From Horticoccus luteus (GTDB taxonomy: Bacteria; Verrucomicrobiota; Verrucomicrobiia; Opitutales; Opitutaceae), in NCBI RefSeq assembly GCF_019464535.1, contig NZ_CP080507.1, forward strand, positions 4,288,199 to 4,320,198: a DNA stretch of 32,000 nucleotides, read 5' to 3'. Both the position numbers and the translations under genes were made by a program. The notes beneath the pieces are model-generated. The model was given only the letters and a program-made list of their open reading frames with translations, was not told the DNA's origin and did not search any database. Every line of letters starts with the position of its first letter. Position 1 is the stretch's first letter. Below are positions 1-12,000 of this stretch, one piece after another.

Positions 1-3000
1 ACCGGCCTCGCCACCTTGACCGCCAAGAGCGGCATCGGCGACGTCGGCGCCGCCGACCTCAACACCGCGCTCGGCTCGCTCACCGCGTCCAACAGCACCA
101 CGGGCCGCATCGTCATCAACGAAGTCGACGCGCTGACCATCGCCGCGCCTGGTATTTCCAACACCGCCGGCACCGCCATCATCGTCACCACCGCCGCCGG
201 CACGCTCACCGTCAACGGTGCGGTCAACGTTTCCGCCGCCGGCCGTGTGCTCCTGCAGGCGGGTGGGGTGGGCTCTGATCTCTTTACCACCGCCGCCATC
301 TCCTCCGGCACCGGCGCCATCACGCTCCTCGCCGCCCGCGACCTCAACGTCGCCGCCAACATCGCCACGGTCGGCGGCTCCATCGATCTCGAAGCCACCG
401 CCGGCTCGCTCGCCATCGCCGACGGCGCCGCCCTCACGACGTCCGGTGGCAACCTTCGCGCCTTCGCCCACCTTTCCCTCGCCGTCACCGGCATCAACGT
501 CGGCGCCGGCGGCGCCACGCTCACTGCCGTCACCGGCCAAATCACCGACGCGGGCGATAGCTTGATCGACGTCGTCGCGTCCCTCCTTCGCCTCTCCGCC
601 GCCACCGGCATTGGCGCCGTCGATGCGATCGACGTTTCCGCCGGCACGCTCGCCGCGGCCACCACCTCCGGCGCCCTCCGCCTCAACGAAAGCGACGACG
701 TCACTATCGGCACCGTCGCCGTCATTTCCGTCAGCCGCGTGACCACCGCCGCCGGCGTGACCCCGCTCGCCGACAGCGCCGCCACCAGCGACCTCGTCGC
801 CGGCAACGGCGGCGACATCGCCCTCACAAGCCTCGCCGGCTCCATCACGTTGACCGACGGCGTCAACGCCGACGCCACCGCCGTCCATTCCGACACCGGC
901 AGCATCACCATCACCGCCGCCAACAACGTTCTTCAGAACGCCAACGTTTACACCGCCGCGGCCGGCACGATTTCTGTTACCGCCACGACCGGTTCCATCA
1001 CGATGGCCGATGGCACCAAGGCGCAGACCGTCACCGGCGAGATCACCTACCTCGCCGGCGTCAACGTCGCCCTCTCGCTGCTCACGAGCACGACCGGCGC
1101 GCTCAACGTCACCGCCACCGCCGGCGCGATCACCGATCACACCGCCGCCGAAACCGCCAACCTCTCCAGCGCCGCCCTCGCCACGCTCGTCGCCGGCACC
1201 GGCATCGGCGCCGCCAACGCCGCCGACATCGACACCACCATCGACTCCCTGCAGGCCACCGTCACCACCTCCGGCGGCATCTTCATCCAGGAAACGAGCG
1301 TCCTCGTCCTCACCGGCACCGGAGTCCAGACGCAGGCGGGCACCGGCGCGATTTCGATCCTCATCACCGACGGCAACCTCACTGTCGCCGCCCCCGTTCA
1401 AGCCTACGCGGGCAACGTTCGACTCGAAGCCGCCGGCACCACGCTCGCGAACTCCGACCTGCTCGTTAACGCCGCCGTCGGCTCCGGCGGCGGCAACCTC
1501 AGCCTCGTGGCCCGTCACGACGTCATCTTCGCCTCCGCCGGTAACGTCACCGTCTCCGCCGCTCCCGGCACCATCGACGTCTGGGCCCGCGAAGGTAAAC
1601 TTCAGCAAGCTGCCGATCTCATCCTCGCCACCGACGGCGCCAACATCCGCCTGACCGCTGCGACCTCGATCATCGCGGGAGTCATCGACGCGCGGACCAA
1701 CGCCGACCGTCTGGGCGGCACGCTGACGCAGCAAGCGGCCTGGGGCTCCCTCGCGCTGAGCGCCGGCAGCGGCTCGATCACCGACGCGAAGGCGCGCGGC
1801 GAAGCCGGCATCAACCTCTACGGCTCGTCCGCCCGCCTCTCCGCCGCGACCGACATCGGCGTCCTCGGTGCCGGCGTGGACAACGCCCTCGACACCGAAC
1901 TCGTCACCGTCGCGGCCGAGACCACGACCGCCGGCAGCATCAACCTCGCCGACGCGAGCGACCTGACGGTGGACACCGTGGCGATCATCTACGTCAACCG
2001 CGTCGCCGCCGACGGCACCGCCTCCGTGATCGGCACGACCGCCTTGTCCGACCTGACGACCACCGGCAACGGCGCAATCGTCGTCACCGCCGCGGGCGAC
2101 CTCACACTGAATGACGGCTTCGCCAACAACACCGCCGTCAGCGCGAACGGCACCGGCAACGTTTACGTCTCCGCCGCGAACGTCACCGCGAACGCGGACA
2201 TCCTCAGCGGCAGCGGCGACATCACCCTCCTCGGCACGACAAACCTGACCTTCAACACGACCGCCGACGTCAAGACGAGCGGCGGCGACGTGAACTTGGT
2301 CGCGGCCGCCGGCGCGATCCTCTTCGCCGACAACGCGCAAGTCGCCACCTCCAACGGCAACGTCCGCCTGCTCGCCGCGACCGACATCACGCTCGGCGGC
2401 ATCCAAGCCGGCACCGGCTCCGTCACCCTGACCGCGATCGCCGGCTCGATCCTCGACGGCGGCGACACGTATCAAGACATCAGCGCCTCCGCCGCGCGCC
2501 TCGTTGCTGGCACCGGCATCGGCACGTCCACCAACCCGCTCGAAGTCGGCCTCGACACCCTCGCCGCCAGCGCCGGCAGCGCGGGCATCAGCCTCGTCGA
2601 AGACAACGCTCTCACCGTCACAAACGTCTCAATCACCGTTCGCAGCGTCGCGACCGACGCCTCATCCGCCGCACTCGCCGCCGAAACCCTCTCCGACCTC
2701 ACGACGACCGCGAACGGCTCGATCGCCCTGACAATCATCGCCGGCGACCTCACGCTGAACGACGGCTTCGCCAACAACACGGCGGTCAGCGCGAACGGCA
2801 GCGGCAACGTTTACTTCTCCGCCGCGAACGTCACCGCGAACGCCGATATCCTCAGCGGCAGCGGCGACATCACGCTCCTCGGCGCGACGAACCTCGCCTT
2901 CAACGCGACCGCCGACGTCAAGACGACCGGCGGCGACGTGAACCTCGTGGCCGGGGTGGGGGCGATCCTCTTCGCCGACAACGCGCAAATCGCGACCTCG

Positions 3001-6000
3001 GGAGGCAACGTCCGCCTCCTCGCCGCGACCGACATCACCTTGGGCGGCCTCCAAGCCGGCACGGGTTCAGTCACGTTGACCGCGACCGCGGGCTCGATCC
3101 TCGACGGCGGCGACACGTATCAAGACATCAGCGCGTCCGCCGCGCGTCTGGTTGCCGGCACCGGCATCGGCACGTCCACGAACCCCCTCGAAGTCAGCCT
3201 CGACACCCTGGCCGCCAGCGCCGGCAGCGCGGGCATCAGCCTCCTCGAAGACAACGCGCTCACGATCACGAACGTGTCGGTCACGGTGCGCGCCGTCGCC
3301 GCCGACTTCACGTCCACCGCGCTCGCCGCCGAAACCCTCTCCGACCTCACGACGACCGCGAACGGCTCCATCGCCCTGACAATCATCGCGGGCGACCTCA
3401 CGCTGAACGACGGCTTCGTGAACAACACCGCGGTCAGCGCGAACGGCACCGGCAACATCTACTTCTCCGCCGCGAACCTCACCGCCAACGCCGACATCCT
3501 CTCTGGCAGCGGCGACATCACGCTCCTCGGTGCCACGAACCTCACGTTCACCACGACCGCCGACGTCAAAACCACCGGCGGCGACGTGAACCTCGTGGCC
3601 GCCGCGGGTGCGATCCACTTCGCCGACAACGCGCAAGTCGCCACCTCGAACGGCAACGTCCGCCTGCTCGCCGCGACCGACATCACGCTCGGCGGCATCC
3701 AAGCCGGCACCGGCTCCGTGACGTTGACCGCCACCGCCGGCTCGATCCTCGACGGCGGGGACACCTATCAAGACATCAGCGCCAGCGCCGCTCGCCTGGT
3801 TGCCGGCACGGGCATCGGCACCGCGACCAACCCGCTCGAAGTCGGCCTCGACACGCTGGCCGCCAGCGCCGGTTCCGCCGGCATCAGCCTCCTCGAAGAC
3901 AACGCGCTCACGATCACCAACGTCAGCGTCACCGTGCGCGCCGTCGCGGCCGACTTCACCTCCACCGCACTCACCGCTGAAACCCTCTCCGACCTCACGA
4001 CGACCGCGAACGGCTCGATCGCCCTCACGATCATCGCCGGCGACCTCACGCTGAACGACGGCTTCGTGAACAACACCGCGGTCAGCGCGAACGGCACCGG
4101 CAACGTCTACTTCTCCGCCGCGAACCTCACCGCGAACGCCGACATCCTCTCTGGCAGCGGCGACATCACACTCCTCGGCGCGACGAACCTCACCTTTAAC
4201 ACGACGGCCGACATCAAGACCACCGGCGGCGACGTGAACCTCGTGGCCACCGCGGGTGCGATCCACTTCGCCGACAACGCGCAAATCGCCACGTCAGGCG
4301 GCAACGTCCGCTTCCTCGCCGCGACCGACATCACGCTCGGCGGCATCCAAGCCGGCACCGGCTCCGTGACGTTGACCGCCACCGCGGGCTCGATCCTCGA
4401 CGGCGGCGACACGTATCAAGACATCAGCGCGTCCGCCGCGCGCCTGGTCGCCGGCACCGGCATTGGCACCGCGACGAACCCGCTCGAAGTCGGCCTCGAC
4501 ACCTTGGCCGCGTCCGCGGGCAGCGCCGGCATCAGCCTCCTCGAAGACAACGCCCTCACGATTACCAACGTCAGCATCACCGTGCGCGCCGTCGCGGCCG
4601 ACTTCATCTCCACCGCACTCACCGCCGAAACCCTCTCCGACCTCGTCACGACGGCCAACGGCTCGATCGCCCTGACGATCATCGCCGGCGACCTGACGCT
4701 GAACGACGGCTTCGCCAACAACACCGCGGTCAGCGCGAACGGCTCCGGCAACGTTTACGTCTCCGCCGCGAACGTCACCGCGAACGCCGATATCCTCAGC
4801 GGCAGCGGCGACATCACACTCCTCGGCGCGACGAACCTCACCTTCAACCCGACCGCCGACGTCAAGACGAGCGGCGGCGACGTGAACCTCGTGGCCACCG
4901 CGGGTGCGATCCACTTCGCCGACAACGCCCAAATCGCGACCTCGGGCGGCAACGTCCGCCTGCTCGCCGCGAGCGACATCACCTTGGGCGGCCTCCAAGC
5001 CGGCACCGGCTCCGTCACCCTGACCGCGATCGCCGGCTCGATCCTCGACGGCGGTGACACGTATCAAGACATCAGTGCCAGCGCCGCGCGCCTGGTTGCC
5101 GGCACGGGCATCGGCACCGCGACCAACCCGCTCGAAGTCGGCCTCGACACGCTCGCCGCCAGCGCCGGTTCCGCCGGCATCAGCCTCCTCGAAGACAACG
5201 CGCTCACGATCACGAACGTGTCGGTCACCGTTCGCAGCGTCGCGACCGACGCCTCATCCGCCGCACTCGCCGCCGAAACCCTCTCCGACCTCACGACGAC
5301 CGCGAACGGCTCGATCGCCCTGACAATCATCGCCGGCGACCTGACGCTGAACGACGGCTTCGCCAACAACACGGCGGTCAGCGCGAACGGCAGCGGCAAC
5401 GTTTACTTCTCCGCCGCGAACGTCACCGCGAACGCCGATATCCTCAGCGGCAGCGGCGACATCACGCTCCTCGGCGCGACGAACCTCGCCTTCAACGCGA
5501 CCGCCGACGTCAAGACGACCGGCGGCGACGTGAACCTCGTGGCCGGGGTGGGGGCGATCCTCTTCGCCGACAACGCGCAAATCGCGACCTCGGGCGGCAA
5601 CGTCCGCCTCCTCGCCGCGACCGACATCACCTTGGGCGGCCTCCAAGCCGGCACGGGTTCAGTCACGTTGACCGCGACCGCGGGCTCGATCCTCGACGGC
5701 GGCGACACCTATCAAGACATCAGCGCCAGCGCCGCGCGCCTGGTCGCCGGCACCGGCATCGGCACCGCGACGAACCCGCTCGAAGTCGGCCTCGACACCC
5801 TGGCCGCCAGCGCCGGCAGCGCCGGCATCAGCCTCCTCGAAGACAACGCGCTCACGATCACCAACGTGTCGGTCACCGTGCGCGCCGTCGCGGCCGACTT
5901 CACGTCCACCGCGCTCACCGCCGAAACCCTCTCCGACCTCGTCACGACGGCCAACGGCTCGATCGCCCTCACGATCATCGCCGGCGACCTGACGCTGAAC

Positions 6001-9000
6001 GACGGCTTCGTGAACAACACCGCGGTCAGCGCGAACGGCACCGGCAACGTTTACTTCTCCGCCGCGAACGTCACCGCGAACGCCGACATCCTCTCTGGCA
6101 GCGGCGACATCACGCTCCTCGGTGCCACGAACCTCACGTTCACCACGACCGCCGACGTCAAAACCACCGGCGGCGACGTGAACCTCGTGGCCGCCGCGGG
6201 TGCGATCCACTTCGCCGACAACGCGCAAGTCGCCACCTCCAACGGCAACGTCCGCCTGCTCGCCGCGACCGACATCACGCTCGGCGGCCTCCAAGCCGGC
6301 ACCGGCTCCGTCACCCTGACCGCCACCGCGGGCTCGATCCTCGACGGCGGCGACACCTATCAAGACATCAGCGCCAGCGCCGCGCGCCTGGTCGCCGGCA
6401 CCGGCATCGGCACGTCCACGAACCCCCTCGAAGTCGGCCTCGACACGCTGGCCGCCAGCGCCGGTTCCGCCGGCATCAGCCTCCTCGAAGACAACGCGCT
6501 CACGATCACGAACGTATCGGTCACCGTGCGCGCCGTCGCCGCCGACTTTACCTCCACCGCGCTCGCCGCCGAAACCCTCTCCGACCTCACGACCACCGCG
6601 AACGGCTCGATCGCTCTCACGATCATCGCGGGCGACCTCACGCTGAACGACGGCTTCGCCAACAACACCGCCGTCAGCGCGAACGGCAGCGGCAACGTTT
6701 ACTTCTCCGCCGCGAACGTCACCGCCAACGCGGACATCCTCAGCGGCAGCGGCGACATCACGCTGCTGGGCGCAACGAACCTCACCTTCAACGCGACCGC
6801 CGACATCAAGACGAGCGGCGGCGACGTGAACCTCGTGGCCACCGCGGGTGCGATCCACTTCGCCGACAACGCGCAAATCGCGACCTCGGGCGGCAACGTC
6901 CGCCTCCTCGCCGCGACCGACATCACCTTGGGCGGCCTCCAAGCCGGCACCGGCTCCGTGACGTTGACCGCTACCGCGGGCTCGATCCTCGACGGCGGCG
7001 ACACGTATCAAGACATCAGCGCCAGCGCCGCGCGCCTGGTCGCCGGCACGGGCATCGGCACCGCGACGAACCCGCTCGAAGTCGGCCTCGACACCCTGGC
7101 CGCCTCCGCCGGCAGCGCGGGCATCAGCCTCCTCGAAGACAACGCCCTCACGATCGCGAACGTATCGGTCACCGTGCGCGCCGTCGCGGCCGACTTCACG
7201 TCCACCGCGCTCACCGCCGAAACCCTCTCCGACCTCACGACGACCGCGAACGGCTCCATCGCCCTCACGATCATCGGCGGCGACCTCACGCTGAACGACG
7301 GCTTCGCCAACAACACCGCCGTCAGCGCGAACGGCAGCGGCAACGTCTACTTCTCCGCCGCGAACCTCACCGCGAACGCCGACATCCTCAGCGGCAGCGG
7401 CGACATCACGCTCCTCGGCGCGACGAACCTCACCTTCAACGCGACCGCCGACGTCAAGACGAGCGGCGGCGACGTGAACCTCGTGGCCAGCGCCGGCGCG
7501 ATCCACTTCGCCGACAACGCGCAAGTCGCGACCTCCAACGGCAACGTCCGCTTGCTCGCCGCGACCGACATCACGCTCGGCGGCATCCAAGCCGGCACGG
7601 GTTCCGTCACGTTGACTGCGACCGCGGGCTCGATCCTCGACGGCGGCGACACCTATCAAGACATCAGCGCCAGCGCCGCGCGCCTGGTCGCCGGCACCGG
7701 CATCGGCACGTCCACGAACCCGCTCGAAGTCGGCCTCGACACCCTGGCCGCCAGCGCCGGCAGCGCGGGCATCAGCCTCCTCGAAGACAACGCGCTCAAG
7801 ATCACCAACGTATCGGTCACGGTGCGCGCCGTCGCGGCCGACGTCACGTCCACCGCGCTCGCCGCCGAAACCCTCTCCGACCTCACGACCACCGCGAACG
7901 GCTCCATCGCCCTGACGATCATCGCCGGCGACCTGACGCTGAACGACGGCTTCGTGAACAACACCGCCGTCAGCGCGAACGGCAGCGGCAACGTTTACTT
8001 CTCCGCCGCGAACGTCACCGCGAACGCGGACATCCTCAGCGGCAGCGGCGACATCACGCTGCTGGGCGCAACGAACCTCACCTTCAACGCGACCGCCGAC
8101 ATCAAGACGACCGGCGGCGACGTGAACCTCGTGGCCACCGCGGGTGCGATCCACTTCGCCGACAACGCGCAAATCGCCACGTCGGGCGGCAACGTCCGCC
8201 TCCTCGCCGCGACCGACATCACGCTCGGCGGCATCCAAGCCGGCACGGGTTCAGTCACGTTGACTGCGACCGCGGGCTCGATCCTCGACGGCGGCGACAC
8301 CTATCAAGACATCAGCGCCAGCGCCGCGCGCCTGGTCGCCGGCACCGGCATCGGCACGTCGACGAACCCCCTCGAAGTCGGCCTCGACACCCTGGCTGCG
8401 TCCGCCGGTTCCGCAGGCATCAGCCTCCTCGAAGACAACGCGCTCACGATCACGAACGTGTCGGTCACGGTGCGCGCCGTCGCCGCCGACTTTACCTCCG
8501 CCGCGCTCGCCGCCGAAACCCTCTCCGACCTCGTCACGACCGCCAACGGCTCCATCGCCCTGACGATCATCGCCGGCGACCTCACGCTGAACGACGGCTT
8601 CGTGAACAACACCGCGGTCAGCGCGAACGGCAGCGGCAACGTCTACTTCTCCGCCGCGAACCTCACCGCCAACGCCGACATCCTCAGCGGCAGCGGCGAC
8701 ATCACGCTGCTGGGCGCGACGAACCTCACCTTCAACGCGACCGCCGACGTCAAGACGACCGGCGGCGACGTGAACCTGGTCGCCAGCGCCGGCGCGATCC
8801 ACTTCGCCGACAACGCGCAAGTCGCCACGTCGGGCGGCAACGTCCGCCTCCTCGCCGCGACCGACATCACCTTGGGCGGCCTCCAAGCCGGCACGGGTTC
8901 CGTCACCTTGACCGCGACCGCCGGTTCGATCCTCGACGGCGGCGACACTTATCAAGACATCAGTGCCAGCGCCGCGCGCCTGGTCGCCGGCACCGGCATC

Positions 9001-12000
9001 GGCACATCCACCAACCCCCTCGAGGTCGGCCTCGACACCCTGGCCGCCAGCGCCGGCAGCGCCGGCATCAGCCTCCTCGAAGACAACGCGCTCACGATCA
9101 CGAACGTGTCGGTCACCGTGCGCGCCGTCGCCGCCGACTTTACCTCCGCCGCGCTCACCGCCGAAACCCTCTCCGACCTCACGACGACCGCGAACGGCTC
9201 GATCGCGCTGCGCACCCTCAACGGCACGCTGACCCTGAACGACGGGGGCAACGCCAATCACACCGCGGTCAGCGCGGCCGGCACCGGCCGGATCCTCCTC
9301 TCGGCCGGCGGCGCGACGAGCGACCTCCTGCTCAACGCCGACGTCATCTCCGCGACGGGCGCGATCACGCTCCTCGCCGGCCATGACCTCACCACCGCCG
9401 CGACCGTGGCCGTGCAAACGGCCGGCGACCTCGACCTCGAAGCGACGACCGGCGCCCTGACCCTCGCGGCCACCTCGACCCTCACGACGACCGCGGGCTC
9501 CCTCCGCCTCCTCGCCGGCGCCGACGTGCGCCTCGCGCAAGTCCGGGCGACGACCGGCCGCATCCTGATCCGCTCCGGCGCCTCGATCCTGGACAACACC
9601 GCCGGCACCGCCGCCGCGAACCTCACCGCCACCGCGGTCCGCCTGGAAGCCGGCACCGGCGCCGGCACCGCCGCGACCCCGCTCACCCTGGCGACGGCGC
9701 TCCTCGCCGGCACCGCCGGCAGCGGCGGCCTGAACATCCTCAACGCGACCGCGCTGACGATCGACACGGTGACCTTCGCCCTCGCCAAGGTGAACGCCAA
9801 CTTCACGACGACGACCGTCACCGAACCCTCCCTCGCCGACCTCACCACGACCGCGAACGGGGCCATCACGCTGCGCACAGCCAACGGCACCCTCACGCTC
9901 AACGACGGCGCCGACGCCGACGGCCTGGCCCTCTCCGCCGCGGGCACCGGTGCCATCACGCTCCTGCCCGGTGGCGCCGCCTCGAATCTCCAAGTCAACG
10001 CCGGCGTCCGCTCCGGCACCGGCCCGATCCTCCTGGACGCGCCCGCCGCGATCACGCTCTCCTCCGCCGCGACGATCGCGACGACCGGCGGCACCCTCAC
10101 GCTGCACACCGCCACCGGCGCCATCACGATGGACTCCGGTTCGCGCCTCGCCTCCGCCGGCGGCCTGCTCACCGTCACCGCCGCGCAACGCCTTGCGGTC
10201 TCGATCATCGACGCCGGCACCGGCGCCATGGTGCTCACGACCGGCGCGGACCTGACCGACAACCTGGCCACCGAAGCCCCGAACCTCCTCGGCGCCGCCG
10301 CCACGCTCCGCAGCGTGGGTTCCCTCGGCACCGCCGCCAACAACCTCAACACGACCCTCGGCACCCTCGACGCCGCGATCTCCGGCCCCGGCACCCTGGT
10401 CCTCGCCGACACCGGCAACCTGACCGTCACCGCGACCACGACCGACGGCGCGATCACGCTGACGACCGCCGGCACCCTGACCGCCACCGCCCTCACGGCG
10501 GGCGGCACCGCGGACATCACCCTCACCGCCGGCGCCGACCTCCTCGTGGGCACCGTCCTCGCCGAGAACGACACGATCACCGCCACCGCCGCCGGCCGCC
10601 TCGAACGCGCCTCGACCGGCACCCAGTTCACCGCGGCCCTCTTGACGCTCCAAGCCGGCACCGGCATCGGCACCCTCGACCCCGTCGTCGTCGCCGTCCC
10701 CACGCTCTCCGCCACCTCGACGACCGGTGACATCCGCCTGCGCAACCTCCTCACGACCGACGTCACCGTCACCCACCTCGCCACCGGCACCGGCGCCATC
10801 GCCTACAGCCAGGCCGGCGGCACGCTCCTCGTCACCGACGCCACCACCCAAGACGGCGACATCGCGCTCAGCCTCGACCAAGGCAACCTCCATGTGGTCA
10901 ACGTCGACGCCGGCGGCACCGGCGACATCAGCCTGACCGTCATCGGCACCGGCAAAGTCAAATACGACACCGCCCACGCCGGCGGCGGCGACCTGAACAT
11001 CTCCACCTCCGGCGCGGTCACCCTCGACGAAGACCTCGTCACCCACGGCGAAAACCTCCACTTCACCGGCAACGTGGTCCTGCCCCGCGACACCCTGATC
11101 ACGACCTTCGGCGGCGACGTGACCTTCGACCAGACCATCGACGGCGCCTACGCCCTGACGATCGACGCCGGCTCCGGCGACGTCTCCTTCGCCCAGGCCC
11201 TCGGCGCGCAAACCCCCCTCACGCAACTGACGATCACCACGACCGGCGCGCTCACCTTCGCCGCCACCGTGACCGTGCAAGGCGACCTCGTCCTCGGCTC
11301 CGGCTCGCTCACCCTCACCGGCGGCCCGGGCTCGATCCACACCTTGAACCACGGCCAGTTCATCGCCGCCCCCGCGACCAACGTCGCCACGATCGGCCTG
11401 GGCAACGTGCCCACCCCCTCCGCCTACGCCTACCTCCTCTCCCAGACGAGCCTCGAAGCCCTGGCGCCCGGCTTCAGCCAGGTCGTCCTCGGCCGCGCCG
11501 ATTCCTCCGCCCGCATCGACCTCGGCACCGTGACCCTGGTCAACCCGACCCTCATCCGCTCCCCGCAGGCCACCGGCACGATCGTCCTCCTCGCGAACCA
11601 GACCCTCACCGTCACCGGCGCCAACCCCCTGACCCTGCAAGCGGGCCCCGGCACCGGCGCCTTCACGCAGGAAACCGGCGCGAAGCTCCTCGCCGGCACG
11701 GGCCTCGTCACGATCACCGCCGACCTCCTGAACCTGCAAGGCGCGGCCGGCTCGATCACCGGCACCGGCCGCCTGATCTTGCAACCGGCCTCCCTCACGC
11801 AACCGATCACCGTCGGCCAGGCCGGCGGCTTCGACCTCCTCGCTCCGGAAATCGCCGTGCCCGCGGCCTTCACCGAAGTGCAGATCGGCCGCACCGACGG
11901 CGCCCATGCGATCGACGTCTATCAAAGCACCTTCGGCACCGCGGTCCTGTTCTCCGCGCCCGCCGCGGCCGGCACCCTGACCGTGCACGGCGCGGTCCGC

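Noticed and set aside
1010-1654. Plus-strand off-frame ORFs rich in P/S/T/R/A, e.g. 218..565, 1010..1654, 16156..16662, 17527..17922, 19393..19971 and the many 70-89 aa ones inside the arrays.
   Set aside because: They are frame-shifted readings of the giant genes. The Pro/Ser/Arg-rich composition is what an alternative frame of GCC/ACC/GGC-rich coding DNA produces. They are short and nested entirely within the long open frames.
1651-1662. The identity boundary (and 20517-20528) as the end of a mobile element.
   Set aside because: I saw no inverted repeats, target-site duplication, transposase or integrase genes or att-like sites. The boundary lies inside a continuous reading frame in both genes and preserves the frame, which fits homologous recombination or gene conversion between paralogous modules.
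2044-9205. Regularly spaced repeats that could suggest a CRISPR array or satellite DNA.
   Set aside because: The period is 648 bp with no short repeat and unique-spacer organisation. The whole array is in-frame coding sequence with synonymous variation. There is no leader and there are no cas genes.
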